From: a virus
Taxonomy: Duplodnaviria > Caudoviricetes
IMG/VR virus record: IMGVR_UViG_3300037789_000045
Span: 1-35,856 of that record
Length of the DNA stretch: 35,856 nucleotides
Strand: one strand, 5' to 3'
Shown here piece after piece: positions 8,481-17,006 of the stretch. Within the stretch, counting starts at the first letter, position 1, and every line of letters begins with the position of its first letter. The notes beneath the pieces were generated by a model. It did no database searches, had not been told where the DNA came from, and saw only the letters and a list, made by a program, of their open reading frames with translations. The translations under genes were made by a program, and so were the position numbers.

Positions 8481-9035
8481 AACAATATCCTTCTCGTTAG
8501 GTTGTTCGTCTTTACCGTGAATTATACCACGGATTTTACAAATCTGTTCGTTTGATAACTCTACATCATTTATTTCCGATAGTATAGGGTTCATACCACG
8601 AATAAAAGGACGATTAGTTAAACCTGCACCATGTAGCATTTGACCGATAACTTCATTTGTCTCTTCATCAATATACTTCATTGAAAAATCAGCAGACAAA
8701 TATCGATATTGTTTATCCTGAATCTTCTTCTTTGCTTCATCAGTCCAATCAACTTGAATCCATAGCTCAGTGTCTTGTTCACGTAACTCAATATTCGTAA
8801 TCCATCCAGCGGCCTCTAAGTGCGCCATGTGCGAATAATCAACAGCCAGCTCAACGCGGCGTTTTTTCTCGTCAAAATTCTTTTTAAAAGCTTGCAAGTC
8901 TTTAGTATCAAGCTTTACAGCACCATAAACACCATGCTCGGCCTTAATGGTTCTCATCAACTGCACCCATTCAGGGGCTTTATTGTCTATTTCAGCAAAA
9001 ATATATTCATGCTGATTTGTAAAATCTTTCGGCAT
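7983..9035 (-). CDS. Mu gpI-like prohead protease with C-terminal scaffold
   Basis: VDYSH, AAGWI, V.WT..A, YRYLSADF, GAGLTNRPF motifs; coiled-coil tail. Confidence 0.9.
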   Translation of the reverse strand: MPKDFTNQHEYIFAEIDNKAPEWVQLMRTIKAEHGVYGAVKLDTKDLQAFKKNFDEKKRRVELAVDYSHMAHLEAAGWITNIELREQDTELWIQVDWTDEAKKKIQDKQYRYLSADFSMKYIDEETNEVIGQMLHGAGLTNRPFIRGMNPILSEINDVELSNEQICKIRGIIHGKDEQPNEKDIVMNFKELLEAVKNLSNEEKTQLSEAIGVAPKSNDESDKQLSEANQKVKDLEEEKKKLSEEKEKLEQERKFDALLSEGKVVEAQREPFLANDMEKFASLKEDVNLSEAGSEGGEGAEDEPKTPEDAANKLSEIADALVEKEGLEFSDAMSRAIHENEKLYELSQKAA

Positions 9036-11612
9036 TTAACAACACTCCGTAAACTGTTTTGACTTCATAATCTTTTCTTTATCCTCGCCATCAGCCGTAA
9101 CCTCTAAGCCCTCCTTACTTATAGGAAGGTTATCTGGATCGCCCTTTGTTTGCGCCCTTATCGTGCTTTTGCAATTGTGATGAAGGGGCGGCAAGAATGG
9201 GCTTTTGGCGTATTCCTCCTTAGAGAATACACGACCCGTTAAATGTTGACAAATAGGGCTTTTAGGATCTGGATTAACAAAGACAAAGGATTCAATATCG
9301 TCTAGCACATCAGGCGATTGAAAAAAATCATTGCGAACACCATTCACCGCATTAGAAACAGCATTGACTGCAGCCACGTCATATTTTGATTTATCAATCT
9401 CTTGCTCATGCATTCTTGAAAGTTCTTCAAGGGTATCATCAACAGACGCTTCGCTATCAAAGTTTTGATTTAGGAAAAAGTAAGAAATTTTTTCTATTTC
9501 TTCAAACTGCGTAGAAGCTAGCAAGGCGATTTGTGCGAGCAATCTTTGGCGGGTTTTTTTAGGTAAATCGTCTATATCTGCAAATTTTTTAGACGGGTTA
9601 ACCTCATTAGCCACGTCCTTTAGCGCCCTGTCTGAAAGGTCTATAAGAAAGTTCAGAAGATCCGCTTCATAATCCTTAGCGTTTGGCATTTTAATTTTAA
9701 GAACTTTACTTCTAGATTCACCACTCTCAAGCGAATCTTGAACATCAACTCTGAACCGTGAAGCGCTCTCAGTAAGTCCTTCACGCATAATTTTTGATAG
9801 ATTTTTTGCATTTTTACCAATGAATTCCCCTACCTTTTTATTTTTTTTTTCAGCCAGTGTAAGATTTTCCGAAAGTTTGGAATCAATTTCCTTAGACTTT
9901 CTCAAAGCCCAGTCAATGCCAGCGGTTCCACCCCATGCCAACCACATAAGATAGCCCTTGTCCTTCCAAGGTGTATTTTTAAACTCAGGATCAACGGCAG
10001 CATTTTTTCTATGACGGTTAAATGAGGCCATGCGCTTTACCGTTTTAGGGCTTAACTGCCCTCCATTAGCTATTTGTCGCGCCCTAGCCCATCCTACAGC
10101 AGTACCAGCTCCCTTTGTTTCTTTTGGGTACTGTTTCCGCCACCTTATAGCTTTCTTAGCATTTTCTATTGCTTGCTTAGGGGGTTTGAGGTTTATTGTC
10201 CCTTCATCAAAAAAAACGGAGTCAGGAAGAGCAGATAATTCTGCGTCCTCCTGATCGTCTTCTGCGGTGGGGTCATCCTCCGAATCTCCAGAGGCGGGAT
10301 TGTTAGGATCATCTTCGGACGGTGAGTCCTCTTCGTCCTGCTCTCTTTCCACATCAGGGAATTTATAGAGCTTGGATAAATGTCTTTCTAATCTCTCACC
10401 AGTACGAATAGCACCCGCTTCGACCAACATTTTAACAACCTCGGCAAGCTCTTTACCTGCCTTGTCATTAATACCAGCTGCATATGTTTTCGGATAAAAA
10501 TCACGATCACCATATTTAGCCCTGATGATCTTTCTCATAACTTTACGGTCAAGACATTCTGCAACCTCATCGGCAACAGTTTGAATTGACGACAAGAAAA
10601 TATCTGATAAATCAGACCCAAGGCTATAAGAGCCGCCACCCGTCAAGCCAAGCTCCATAAAGTTAGCCAAAAAGCTTTTTGTCATCTCAATGTTTTCACC
10701 ATCGATAGCCTTTTGAACCTTTTCGGGATCATGGGAAAGCTTAAGCTCAGAAACCTTGAACCCCTTCTCTAAGGCGATGTAATTTTGCTGATTCGCTGCA
10801 AAGCGTTGTAGCATCTTTTTAAATGCAGCCCATTGCGTCTCAAAATTCCCACCAGTCCTTATAGCGTCATCAATTTCCCCCATCGGAACGCCTGAAGAGG
10901 CTCTTTCTATTCCTACAGCTTGGAATTTTCTAAACAGCGTCTTTCTAAAGTGATTGCCATAAATTGAGCGCAAGGCAGATATACCTTGATAATTAGAGCC
11001 TTCTAATTCATTAGTGAGCACAAGCAAGTTCTTGGCGGGAATCTTAACATCAACGGCTATATCCCCTTGTGTCACTTGCCTGATGCAATCAAGAGAACCA
11101 TTACGCGCTAAGTGCCATTCATAAATTGTTTTAGGGCTTCTCCATGACAAATCGCTTAGGCCGATGTAATTACCAAACTTAGGATTATTCATAACAACCT
11201 TATGAACCACCTCAAAAACAGAATGCCCGAACTCAATCATGGTTAGGGCTTCACGCATAAATTGCCTAAAGGTTTTTTCTTTGGAACCGTCTTTATAGCC
11301 TATGTCATGAAATAAAACATGCTCTGCAAATGCCGCTATTTCTTTTTCTTCGTCGCTATCGTCTACAGGCTGGACACCCCAAGAGGCGGAAAGAATAGGG
11401 TTTTTAACCACACTTAGAAGCATTTTGACTTGCGCGTCTGATCGACGCATTTCGTCGTAAAGGTCAATTCCGTCTAAGTCACGAATCTTCTGAAGATACT
11501 CTTCATCATAGTAACCAGAAAAATTAGCTGTTCCTGTTGCTCCACGCTCTTTCGGGTGAAGGGATTCGCGCTCTTTAGGCTCGTTTTTAAAAAAATCTAG
11601 GAAGCTTACCAT
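9036..11612 (-). CDS. Portal (Mu gp29/DUF935-like) fused to an uncharacterised domain and a MuF domain
   Basis: LYDEMRRSD.QV, GHSVFE, G.SALR portal motifs; C-terminal SPIC..L.G.VF...PPLHHNCKS MuF motif. Confidence 0.88.
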   Translation of the reverse strand: MVSFLDFFKNEPKERESLHPKERGATGTANFSGYYDEEYLQKIRDLDGIDLYDEMRRSDAQVKMLLSVVKNPILSASWGVQPVDDSDEEKEIAAFAEHVLFHDIGYKDGSKEKTFRQFMREALTMIEFGHSVFEVVHKVVMNNPKFGNYIGLSDLSWRSPKTIYEWHLARNGSLDCIRQVTQGDIAVDVKIPAKNLLVLTNELEGSNYQGISALRSIYGNHFRKTLFRKFQAVGIERASSGVPMGEIDDAIRTGGNFETQWAAFKKMLQRFAANQQNYIALEKGFKVSELKLSHDPEKVQKAIDGENIEMTKSFLANFMELGLTGGGSYSLGSDLSDIFLSSIQTVADEVAECLDRKVMRKIIRAKYGDRDFYPKTYAAGINDKAGKELAEVVKMLVEAGAIRTGERLERHLSKLYKFPDVEREQDEEDSPSEDDPNNPASGDSEDDPTAEDDQEDAELSALPDSVFFDEGTINLKPPKQAIENAKKAIRWRKQYPKETKGAGTAVGWARARQIANGGQLSPKTVKRMASFNRHRKNAAVDPEFKNTPWKDKGYLMWLAWGGTAGIDWALRKSKEIDSKLSENLTLAEKKNKKVGEFIGKNAKNLSKIMREGLTESASRFRVDVQDSLESGESRSKVLKIKMPNAKDYEADLLNFLIDLSDRALKDVANEVNPSKKFADIDDLPKKTRQRLLAQIALLASTQFEEIEKISYFFLNQNFDSEASVDDTLEELSRMHEQEIDKSKYDVAAVNAVSNAVNGVRNDFFQSPDVLDDIESFVFVNPDPKSPICQHLTGRVFSKEEYAKSPFLPPLHHNCKSTIRAQTKGDPDNLPISKEGLEVTADGEDKEKIMKSKQFTECC

Positions 11613-13018
11613 TCTTTTTTCTCTATCAGATTCACATCTTCTGCACTATTTATATCATTTAAAGTTGATTTAGAGAAACCTAAACCTTCACCTTCGCCAA
11701 CTCTTAACAAATATTGGCTAACAGTATCGACAAAATCATCATGCGCAGTTGAGCCTGAACCCTTAAAATTAACTAATTCATTTATACACTCTTGTAAATA
11801 CGGGCATCCCTGCCAAAAGTAAACATTTCGCGTTTCAAACCAAGTAGAAGCAAGGCTCAAGCGTTCTACTTTGTCCTTTGTTCCAGGCTCGCAAGCAACA
11901 ATTGGGAGCTGTGTTGAGTTTTGAAGGTCTTGTATTAGGGCAATACCACTCGATTTATCCTCAATTAGAATTTCATGCGCTGGCCTTTCCGCTTGTTTAT
12001 CCTGAATAACCTTTTTCAAATCAGGATAACGCACACGGTCTTTATAAATATCCAAGAGATAATGACCGTTTGTGGTTTCAGCCCAAAATGTGCCGCATGT
12101 AGGGTCATTGACTGTTTTATCTTTTGATGCCGTATCCCAAGACCATCTATAGCGTATAACCTCATGTTCTTTTGGTACAGAATTAACAATAATCACCCAT
12201 TCACGGTTTACAATTCCATCATTGCTCGAAATATTCCAATTACCGCCTAACAATCTTTCACGCTCAATTAACGGAAGCGCTTGAAGTTTTGCCACATAAT
12301 CAGGGTCTGCCCTTAATAGGGCGGGGTTATCAGCAAGCGAAGCAGGAATAAAAGTAAAGCTTAGAGGCTTACAATCTGCGCCAAACTTTTCTATTAACTC
12401 TTGAGCGCTATCAGCCCAGTAAAGCGTCTCATCCATACGAACAAAGTAGCGAAGCATACCAGCTCGCTCATGAATCGGAAGACCTGTGTCATTATCAACG
12501 TACCAATCTACAAGCTCGCGGGTTATGTGGTCTGGATCTGGATTGCATGTTGCGCGGAAATAAGGGCGAACACCACACATAGAGCGATTACGTGAAAGCA
12601 TATAAAAGATTTGCTTTTCAGTGAAATGTGTAAGCTCATCCATTAGGATTAGGGGTATCTGCGAACCCTGCCAATCATAGCAATTATTTTCATACTGCAT
12701 TTGAGAGAATGTGACTTTTGAAGTCGGTTTTGAGGGTGTTCCACCAAAGCGCCAATCTAATTTAGGAGACTGTCTCGGAACGCCACCCGCATAGGGATAC
12801 ATCTTTTGACTTTCATCCCATAGCCCGCCCTCATTTGTGATTTGTGGCATGGTGCGGCGAAAGATAACCGCCCCGAAATCAGGAACTTTAACATGCTTTA
12901 TCGGCTCAAAAAGCAAAGCCCATGTTTTACCGCCGCCCGCTTGCCCGCCGTATATAGCAAAATCCGCTGGTGTTGAAAGGAAATTTTCTTGTGCGCCTTT
13001 TTGCGGTTCAAAGTTCAT
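11606..13018 (-). CDS. terL: Terminase large subunit
   Basis: GGQAGGGKT Walker A, LMDE Walker B, ATCNP, SWDTA, IEDKSSG, HDDFVD. Confidence 0.96.
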   Translation of the reverse strand: MNFEPQKGAQENFLSTPADFAIYGGQAGGGKTWALLFEPIKHVKVPDFGAVIFRRTMPQITNEGGLWDESQKMYPYAGGVPRQSPKLDWRFGGTPSKPTSKVTFSQMQYENNCYDWQGSQIPLILMDELTHFTEKQIFYMLSRNRSMCGVRPYFRATCNPDPDHITRELVDWYVDNDTGLPIHERAGMLRYFVRMDETLYWADSAQELIEKFGADCKPLSFTFIPASLADNPALLRADPDYVAKLQALPLIERERLLGGNWNISSNDGIVNREWVIIVNSVPKEHEVIRYRWSWDTASKDKTVNDPTCGTFWAETTNGHYLLDIYKDRVRYPDLKKVIQDKQAERPAHEILIEDKSSGIALIQDLQNSTQLPIVACEPGTKDKVERLSLASTWFETRNVYFWQGCPYLQECINELVNFKGSGSTAHDDFVDTVSQYLLRVGEGEGLGFSKSTLNDINSAEDVNLIEKKEW

Positions 13019-13193
13019 CTTTTAACTTGCTGATATGTGAGTCTATGTTGTCCTCAATAATATCAGAAGTAAGCTTTGAAACAGAGGTTGCTACACCGTC
13101 CTCGACTGCTTTCTGCGCCTTGGCCTTCACATCAGGCTTAACATAACTGATAATCCTGCTGTTTTCTCTATATTCATCGTAATCAAAACCCAT
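13008..13193 (-). CDS. Putative ribbon-helix-helix DNA-binding protein
   Basis: Beta strand (IISYV), helix, G, SVSKL...I helix pattern. Confidence 0.5.
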   Translation of the reverse strand: MGFDYDEYRENSRIISYVKPDVKAKAQKAVEDGVATSVSKLTSDIIEDNIDSHISKLKDEL

Positions 13194-13396
13194 TAATTAA
13201 GCCCCTGCTTAACGAGGATTGCAAGAAAGCTATACTTCCATTCCTTAGACATTTGATCATACTGCTGTTCAGTTTGCATATTTACAACCTGCCAGCCAGA
13301 GCGAACATGATCATTTAATCCTTTTTCAAACTCTTTATTATCCGAGGCAGTAAGCACTTTATGGCTTGGTAATTTTGATAAATCCAACGCTGACAT
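13193..13396 (-). CDS. Small DUF1737/DUF4177-like protein
   Basis: FEK.LN.....GWQVV...AILVK. Confidence 0.55.
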   Translation of the reverse strand: MSALDLSKLPSHKVLTASDNKEFEKGLNDHVRSGWQVVNMQTEQQYDQMSKEWKYSFLAILVKQGLN

Positions 13397-13424
13397 TTTT
13401 TTCCTTATTCAGTAATTGACCCTT

Positions 13425-13454
13425 ATATTAGATAATAAGAAATCATTGAGTCAA
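13425..13454 (-). promoter_or_regulatory. TTGACTCAA-class promoter
   Basis: TTGACT-N18-TAATAT upstream of 13396. Confidence 0.6.
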
Positions 13455-13664
13455 CTTTTTTATAATATTGTTTTTCAGCGCCCAAGCCTCGGCCTTTTCC
13501 CTTGTCTTAAAGCCGCCGATATAAATCAACCCATCGTCACGCATCAATGCGTGATCATGCTTTTCATACCAACACCAAGGCAATGCATGACAAAGGATCT
13601 TAGCTAAAACATGCTCACCTGTCGCAATGATTATCTTCATTGTAATAGCTTTTCTTAAGCTCAA
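13443..13664 (-). CDS. Hypothetical protein (start uncertain)
   Basis: ORF fits the strand block. Confidence 0.45.
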   Translation of the reverse strand: MSLRKAITMKIIIATGEHVLAKILCHALPWCWYEKHDHALMRDDGLIYIGGFKTREKAEAWALKNNIIKKLTQ

Positions 13665-13782
13665 GCTTAACTATAGGCTTCTTCCCTGCATTCACCTTTT
13701 CAAAACATTGCTTTAATTTACGTTTCTTTAATTTTTCCATCGTACTATAATAACTGAGGTTTAATCCCCACGCGAAACTAAT

Positions 13783-13810
13783 GAAGCCGCTCCCTGCGGC
13801 TTCTTTTTTT
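13783..13810 (+). terminator. Plus-strand intrinsic terminator within a minus-strand gene block
   Basis: GAAGCCGC-TCCCT-GCGGCTTC followed by a T run. Confidence 0.8.
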
Positions 13811-14129
13811 ATGTATCTATATTCCTAGGCAAATAAGGCCTATTGCCTTTGATAACCCTGCTTTCAGCGTATATCTTACGCCTTTTTCTGCGCTTATCAG
13901 CATCAAGCAAATAAATAATTGAGCTATGATCTTTTTGCATTGCAAACCCTATAGCAACCAAAGAATGACCGCGCTTTTTTAAATATTCAGCACAAGCTTT
14001 CCTGTTCTTTGATATTTGCCTGTCCTTACGCTTAGAAACCACATTAACAAAACTGATATGATGCCTATCACAAAAAGATTGCAAGTCTATCAGGCATTGC
14101 TGTCTACTTAATTCTGCTGCTCTATTCAT
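13809..14129 (-). CDS. DnaA C-terminal (domain IV)-like HTH protein
   Basis: S.RK.R.IS..R...SL..IG..M.KDHSSII resembles the DnaA RDHTTV signature. Confidence 0.7.
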   Translation of the reverse strand: MNRAAELSRQQCLIDLQSFCDRHHISFVNVVSKRKDRQISKNRKACAEYLKKRGHSLVAIGFAMQKDHSSIIYLLDADKRRKRRKIYAESRVIKGNRPYLPRNIDT

Positions 14130-14133
14130 TTAA

Positions 14134-14439
14134 TCAAGCCTCCTCGTTAAACACGCCACCCTTAACAAACCCTGATGCGTCTCTTAAACCGTCTTCATAT
14201 CCAGAGTCATTTGCGTTTTTTGTGTTAACCCAAGATTTAGGAATCTCTGTTTTTTCAGGCTCTATCTTGCTTACAACGTAATAAACAATTGGAAAATCTT
14301 TAAAAGGACGTTGATCATTATTAACAACTATTCCTAAAGCTTCGTCTTCATTTTTAGCTGAAACAATTGATTGAAAAAGACTTTGCTCGATTTTAAATCC
14401 ATCATCATATTGAGAGAATATAGCTACTGCATACTGCAT
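14134..14439 (-). CDS. Hypothetical protein
   Basis: 101 aa with GGAG RBS. Confidence 0.65.
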   Translation of the reverse strand: MQYAVAIFSQYDDGFKIEQSLFQSIVSAKNEDEALGIVVNNDQRPFKDFPIVYYVVSKIEPEKTEIPKSWVNTKNANDSGYEDGLRDASGFVKGGVFNEEA

Positions 14440-14739
14440 CTAATCAACTCCAATCATAACAACGCGCTTAACAAAATAACCCTCGCGCTTTTTCTTTCGC
14501 CAAAAGTTTTTCTCTTTAGCTTCTTCATTGTACTTCATATAAATATTTAGAAAGTTCCTTATACATCCTGCTCTTGTGTATGAAGATGTTCTTTCAAGAT
14601 AATATTCTTGGTTTGAACGTTTACAAAAATATCCAACAACCCAAGAGGCATTTCTGTTGTATTTAGTCCGTTCGTATGGTGTTCCAATCTCATTTAAGAG
14701 CGGCTTAAATATGCGGTTGATGGACTTATAAACCTTCCG
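14440..14739 (-). pseudogene. 99-codon open frame lacking an early canonical start
   Basis: Stop abuts next ATG; -1 frame relative to the DUF1353-like gene. Confidence 0.45.
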
Positions 14740-15005
14740 TTACCTGCACGATTTACTTTAATCTGCCCCTTATTCACATAGATATAATCATGCACAAGTG
14801 CGGCAGGTCTATGAATACCATCGCGTGTTAATCCCGTTATGCTCCAAAACCAGCGCGGAACTGTTGCGCCATCATACCTAAAACCTTTTGGGATGAAGAT
14901 ATAAAAATCAAGACCGTAAGGCTTAAGGCTAATTTCATAATCTTCTTCAAGCATGTAAAGATCGCCTGATTCTTTTATCGGAATAATGTGTGGTTGTTTG
15001 ATCAT
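14694..15005 (-). CDS. DUF1353-like protein, apparently C-terminally truncated
   Basis: IPKGF.YDGATVPR.FW...AALVHDYIY. Confidence 0.8.
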   Translation of the reverse strand: MIKQPHIIPIKESGDLYMLEEDYEISLKPYGLDFYIFIPKGFRYDGATVPRWFWSITGLTRDGIHRPAALVHDYIYVNKGQIKVNRAGNGRFISPSTAYLSRS

Positions 15006-15397
15006 ATCTTCTTTCCACCTTCTTTAGCGCGGTTTTCAGGCTTATGATCTGCGCGGCTATCATTATAGTTCAGCTTATCAACCACGATCTGCGCAAGGTC
15101 TATACCTAAACCACCCGCTGCATCACAAATGCGAATAAGCGCATCGGCAAGTTCTGTATCAAGCATCTTGTGCTGTGGGAGGTGATCATCATTTAAATCT
15201 TTTCTGTAACCTTCCAAGGCTTCAGAAACTTCAGAATGAATTAAACATAACAATTCAGGAACGGGGCGCGGCTTATATTCGCCTGTTTTGGGGTCATTCC
15301 ACCATCCATTATTATATGCTCTTGCGTGGCAGGCCTTAACAAGTACATCAACACTTGTAATAGTTGCAATATCGCTTGGCACTTCCTTTTTGCCCAT
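15002..15397 (-). CDS. MazG-like nucleotide pyrophosphohydrolase
   Basis: LIHSEVSEALE...ELADALIRI.D. Confidence 0.85.
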   Translation of the reverse strand: MGKKEVPSDIATITSVDVLVKACHARAYNNGWWNDPKTGEYKPRPVPELLCLIHSEVSEALEGYRKDLNDDHLPQHKMLDTELADALIRICDAAGGLGIDLAQIVVDKLNYNDSRADHKPENRAKEGGKKI

Positions 15398-15413
15398 TAT
15401 ATCTTCCTCTTAT

Positions 15414-15530
15414 TTGTGTATTGTTCTATTAAAAATGGGGCCACTCTGCCAGCCGCTATTGATTATTCACGGCTCATCACTCCGTAGAGCGATGTGCTTG
15501 ACCAAAGCAGCCCCTTACACAATGACTCAG
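15414..15530 (-). ncRNA. Candidate structured RNA (three-way junction)
   Basis: 12-bp P1, 8-bp P2 with cUACGg loop, 5-bp P3; G-U pairs work only on the minus strand. Confidence 0.6.
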
Positions 15531-15537
15531 TGAGTCG

Positions 15538-15566
15538 ACTCTATTCACTGTCTTGTGTTGAGTCAA
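15538..15566 (-). promoter_or_regulatory. TTGACTCAA-class promoter
   Basis: TTGACT-N17-TAGAGT within a TGTTGASTCAACA palindrome. Confidence 0.7.
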
Positions 15567-16146
15567 CATCTTTTCTATGAGCTGGATCATCACGACCATT
15601 ATCAGGCAAATAGAAATGCACGTTATCAGCCGTTAAGGCTGCAATTTCTTCGTAAAGCTTTTTGATTTTTGCAATCTCACGCGCCGCCGCTAAAGGATCG
15701 TGAAGCACAACGGCAACTTCATCCGTATTGCCTGATTTATCAGATATGGACTTAATCGCGCCTCTTGCGTGTGGAAGCATATCATCAAATGACTTTAGCC
15801 TCATGCGCCCGTTTTCAGTGACTTCGCACACATCGGAAATATCAACGTGCAACATCCCTGCAAGCCGCTCTAATAGCGCCTCTTTAGAAATATCAAACTT
15901 CTGAACAATGCAGCCTAGATTTTGCTTTATGTATTCCTGAATATGTGAATACTCATCATTTCTTATCATTCTGCTTCCCTGCATATACGCGCTATTAGGG
16001 CTAAAACCCGCTATTTTAGCAGCCTGACAAGCAACGCACCCAGCTTCACCAATATAGGCTTTAGCGAATAGAAATTGCTTCATAGTCCATCCTTTAGGAA
16101 GGTCTTCAAATTGTAGGTTTTCTTTTGTGTAATCAAAATCAGTCAT
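15541..16146 (-). CDS. terS: Terminase small subunit
   Basis: T.KQ..F...Y...A.QAA..AG.S..SA...GSR HTH motif. Confidence 0.88.
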   Translation of the reverse strand: MTDFDYTKENLQFEDLPKGWTMKQFLFAKAYIGEAGCVACQAAKIAGFSPNSAYMQGSRMIRNDEYSHIQEYIKQNLGCIVQKFDISKEALLERLAGMLHVDISDVCEVTENGRMRLKSFDDMLPHARGAIKSISDKSGNTDEVAVVLHDPLAAAREIAKIKKLYEEIAALTADNVHFYLPDNGRDDPAHRKDVDSTQDSE

Positions 16147-16233
16147 ATTTTTCCTTTGTGGGGTATTATAGTACCGTTGATTTTTTCACCGCTGAGTTAG
16201 GTGTTTTTTATCTATGGTACATCCTATCATAAA

Positions 16234-16941
16234 TTACGGTTTATTGCCTTCAGTGAACGAGATTATCCAAGCATCGAACGCTTTATACGGGTATTTAGGG
16301 TATTCTTTTGCCTTTTTGTTGATGAAAGTGTTAAATTTTGTAACAAGCTCATGAAAATCCCAGTCGCGGGTTTTTTGCTTTAGGCGTTCTCGCTCATCAT
16401 CCTTCAAGAACATTTCGATGTTGTAGTTGCGTGGACGTGCCTTTTTTCCCCTATCATTTTCAGAATTTAAAAGATCCTCGCGCGTCTGATCTGTTCTGTT
16501 CTGATTCTGACTCTGATCTAGGCCGTTTCCTGTATCACCTTTGGAACGTTCCCTGAAACGTTTCACTCTTTCCGTAGAACTATCTGATTTATATTGTTTT
16601 TTTCCCCAGTTTCTTAAAAAATAGTTATATTCTTTTCTGTCAAAAAGCGTTTCATTTTCGAGTGTTTTTTGTTTCACTGGCGTTTCATTTCGTTTCACTT
16701 CGCGTTTCAAAAACACGCCTTTTTCGTGCAACTCTTCAAACTTATTAACAGTTTCTTCCACAGACATGCGCAAGTAAAAAGCACACTGTTCTATAGGGGG
16801 AAGCTTTCCAGAATTGCCAACATCTTCTAATGCTAATATACACTGACAATTGACCCAAAATTTGAAAAGTTCAGGGGGTAAGTTCTGTATTCTTTTGTTG
16901 TTTATTACATCCGCGTGATAGCGAAACCAAGACATAGCCAT
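16234..16941 (-). CDS. Phage replication initiator/replisome organiser
   Basis: WFRYH...N-terminus; NW.K.Q...SSTERV.RFRER motif; internal repeats. Confidence 0.7.
   Translation of the reverse strand: MAMSWFRYHADVINNKRIQNLPPELFKFWVNCQCILALEDVGNSGKLPPIEQCAFYLRMSVEETVNKFEELHEKGVFLKREVKRNETPVKQKTLENETLFDRKEYNYFLRNWGKKQYKSDSSTERVKRFRERSKGDTGNGLDQSQNQNRTDQTREDLLNSENDRGKKARPRNYNIEMFLKDDERERLKQKTRDWDFHELVTKFNTFINKKAKEYPKYPYKAFDAWIISFTEGNKP
16485..16710. repeat. Iteron-like repeats (candidate origin)
   Basis: GTTTCA at 16649, 16671, 16682, 16692, 16704; palindromes TGAAACGTTTCA and GGAACGTTCC; TCTG repeats. Confidence 0.55.
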
Positions 16942-16970
16942 AATTCAACTTCCTCTTTATGTTCTTATTT

Positions 16971-16999
16971 AAGTTATGTGATATTTATTTTTGACTCAA
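16971..16999 (-). promoter_or_regulatory. TTGAGTCAA-class promoter of replication gene
   Basis: TTGAGT-N17-TAACTT. Confidence 0.65.
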
Positions 17000-17006
17000 C
17001 TATTAT

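Noticed and set aside
5701-8520. Long + strand ORFs (5701-6159, 7611-7922, 8101-8520) and similar ones at 24-25 kb and 34-35 kb
   Set aside because: Antisense shadows of well-supported structural genes; S/A/P-rich, no convincing RBS
9036-9160. MuF-fused C-terminal toxin
   Set aside because: Only about 40 aa follow the MuF motif and no immunity gene lies downstream
15437-15514. tRNA-Ala/tmRNA gene (starts GGGGCUG, ends CCCCA)
   Set aside because: No T-loop, D-loop, anticodon arm, G3:U70 pair or CCA; retained only as an unknown structured RNA
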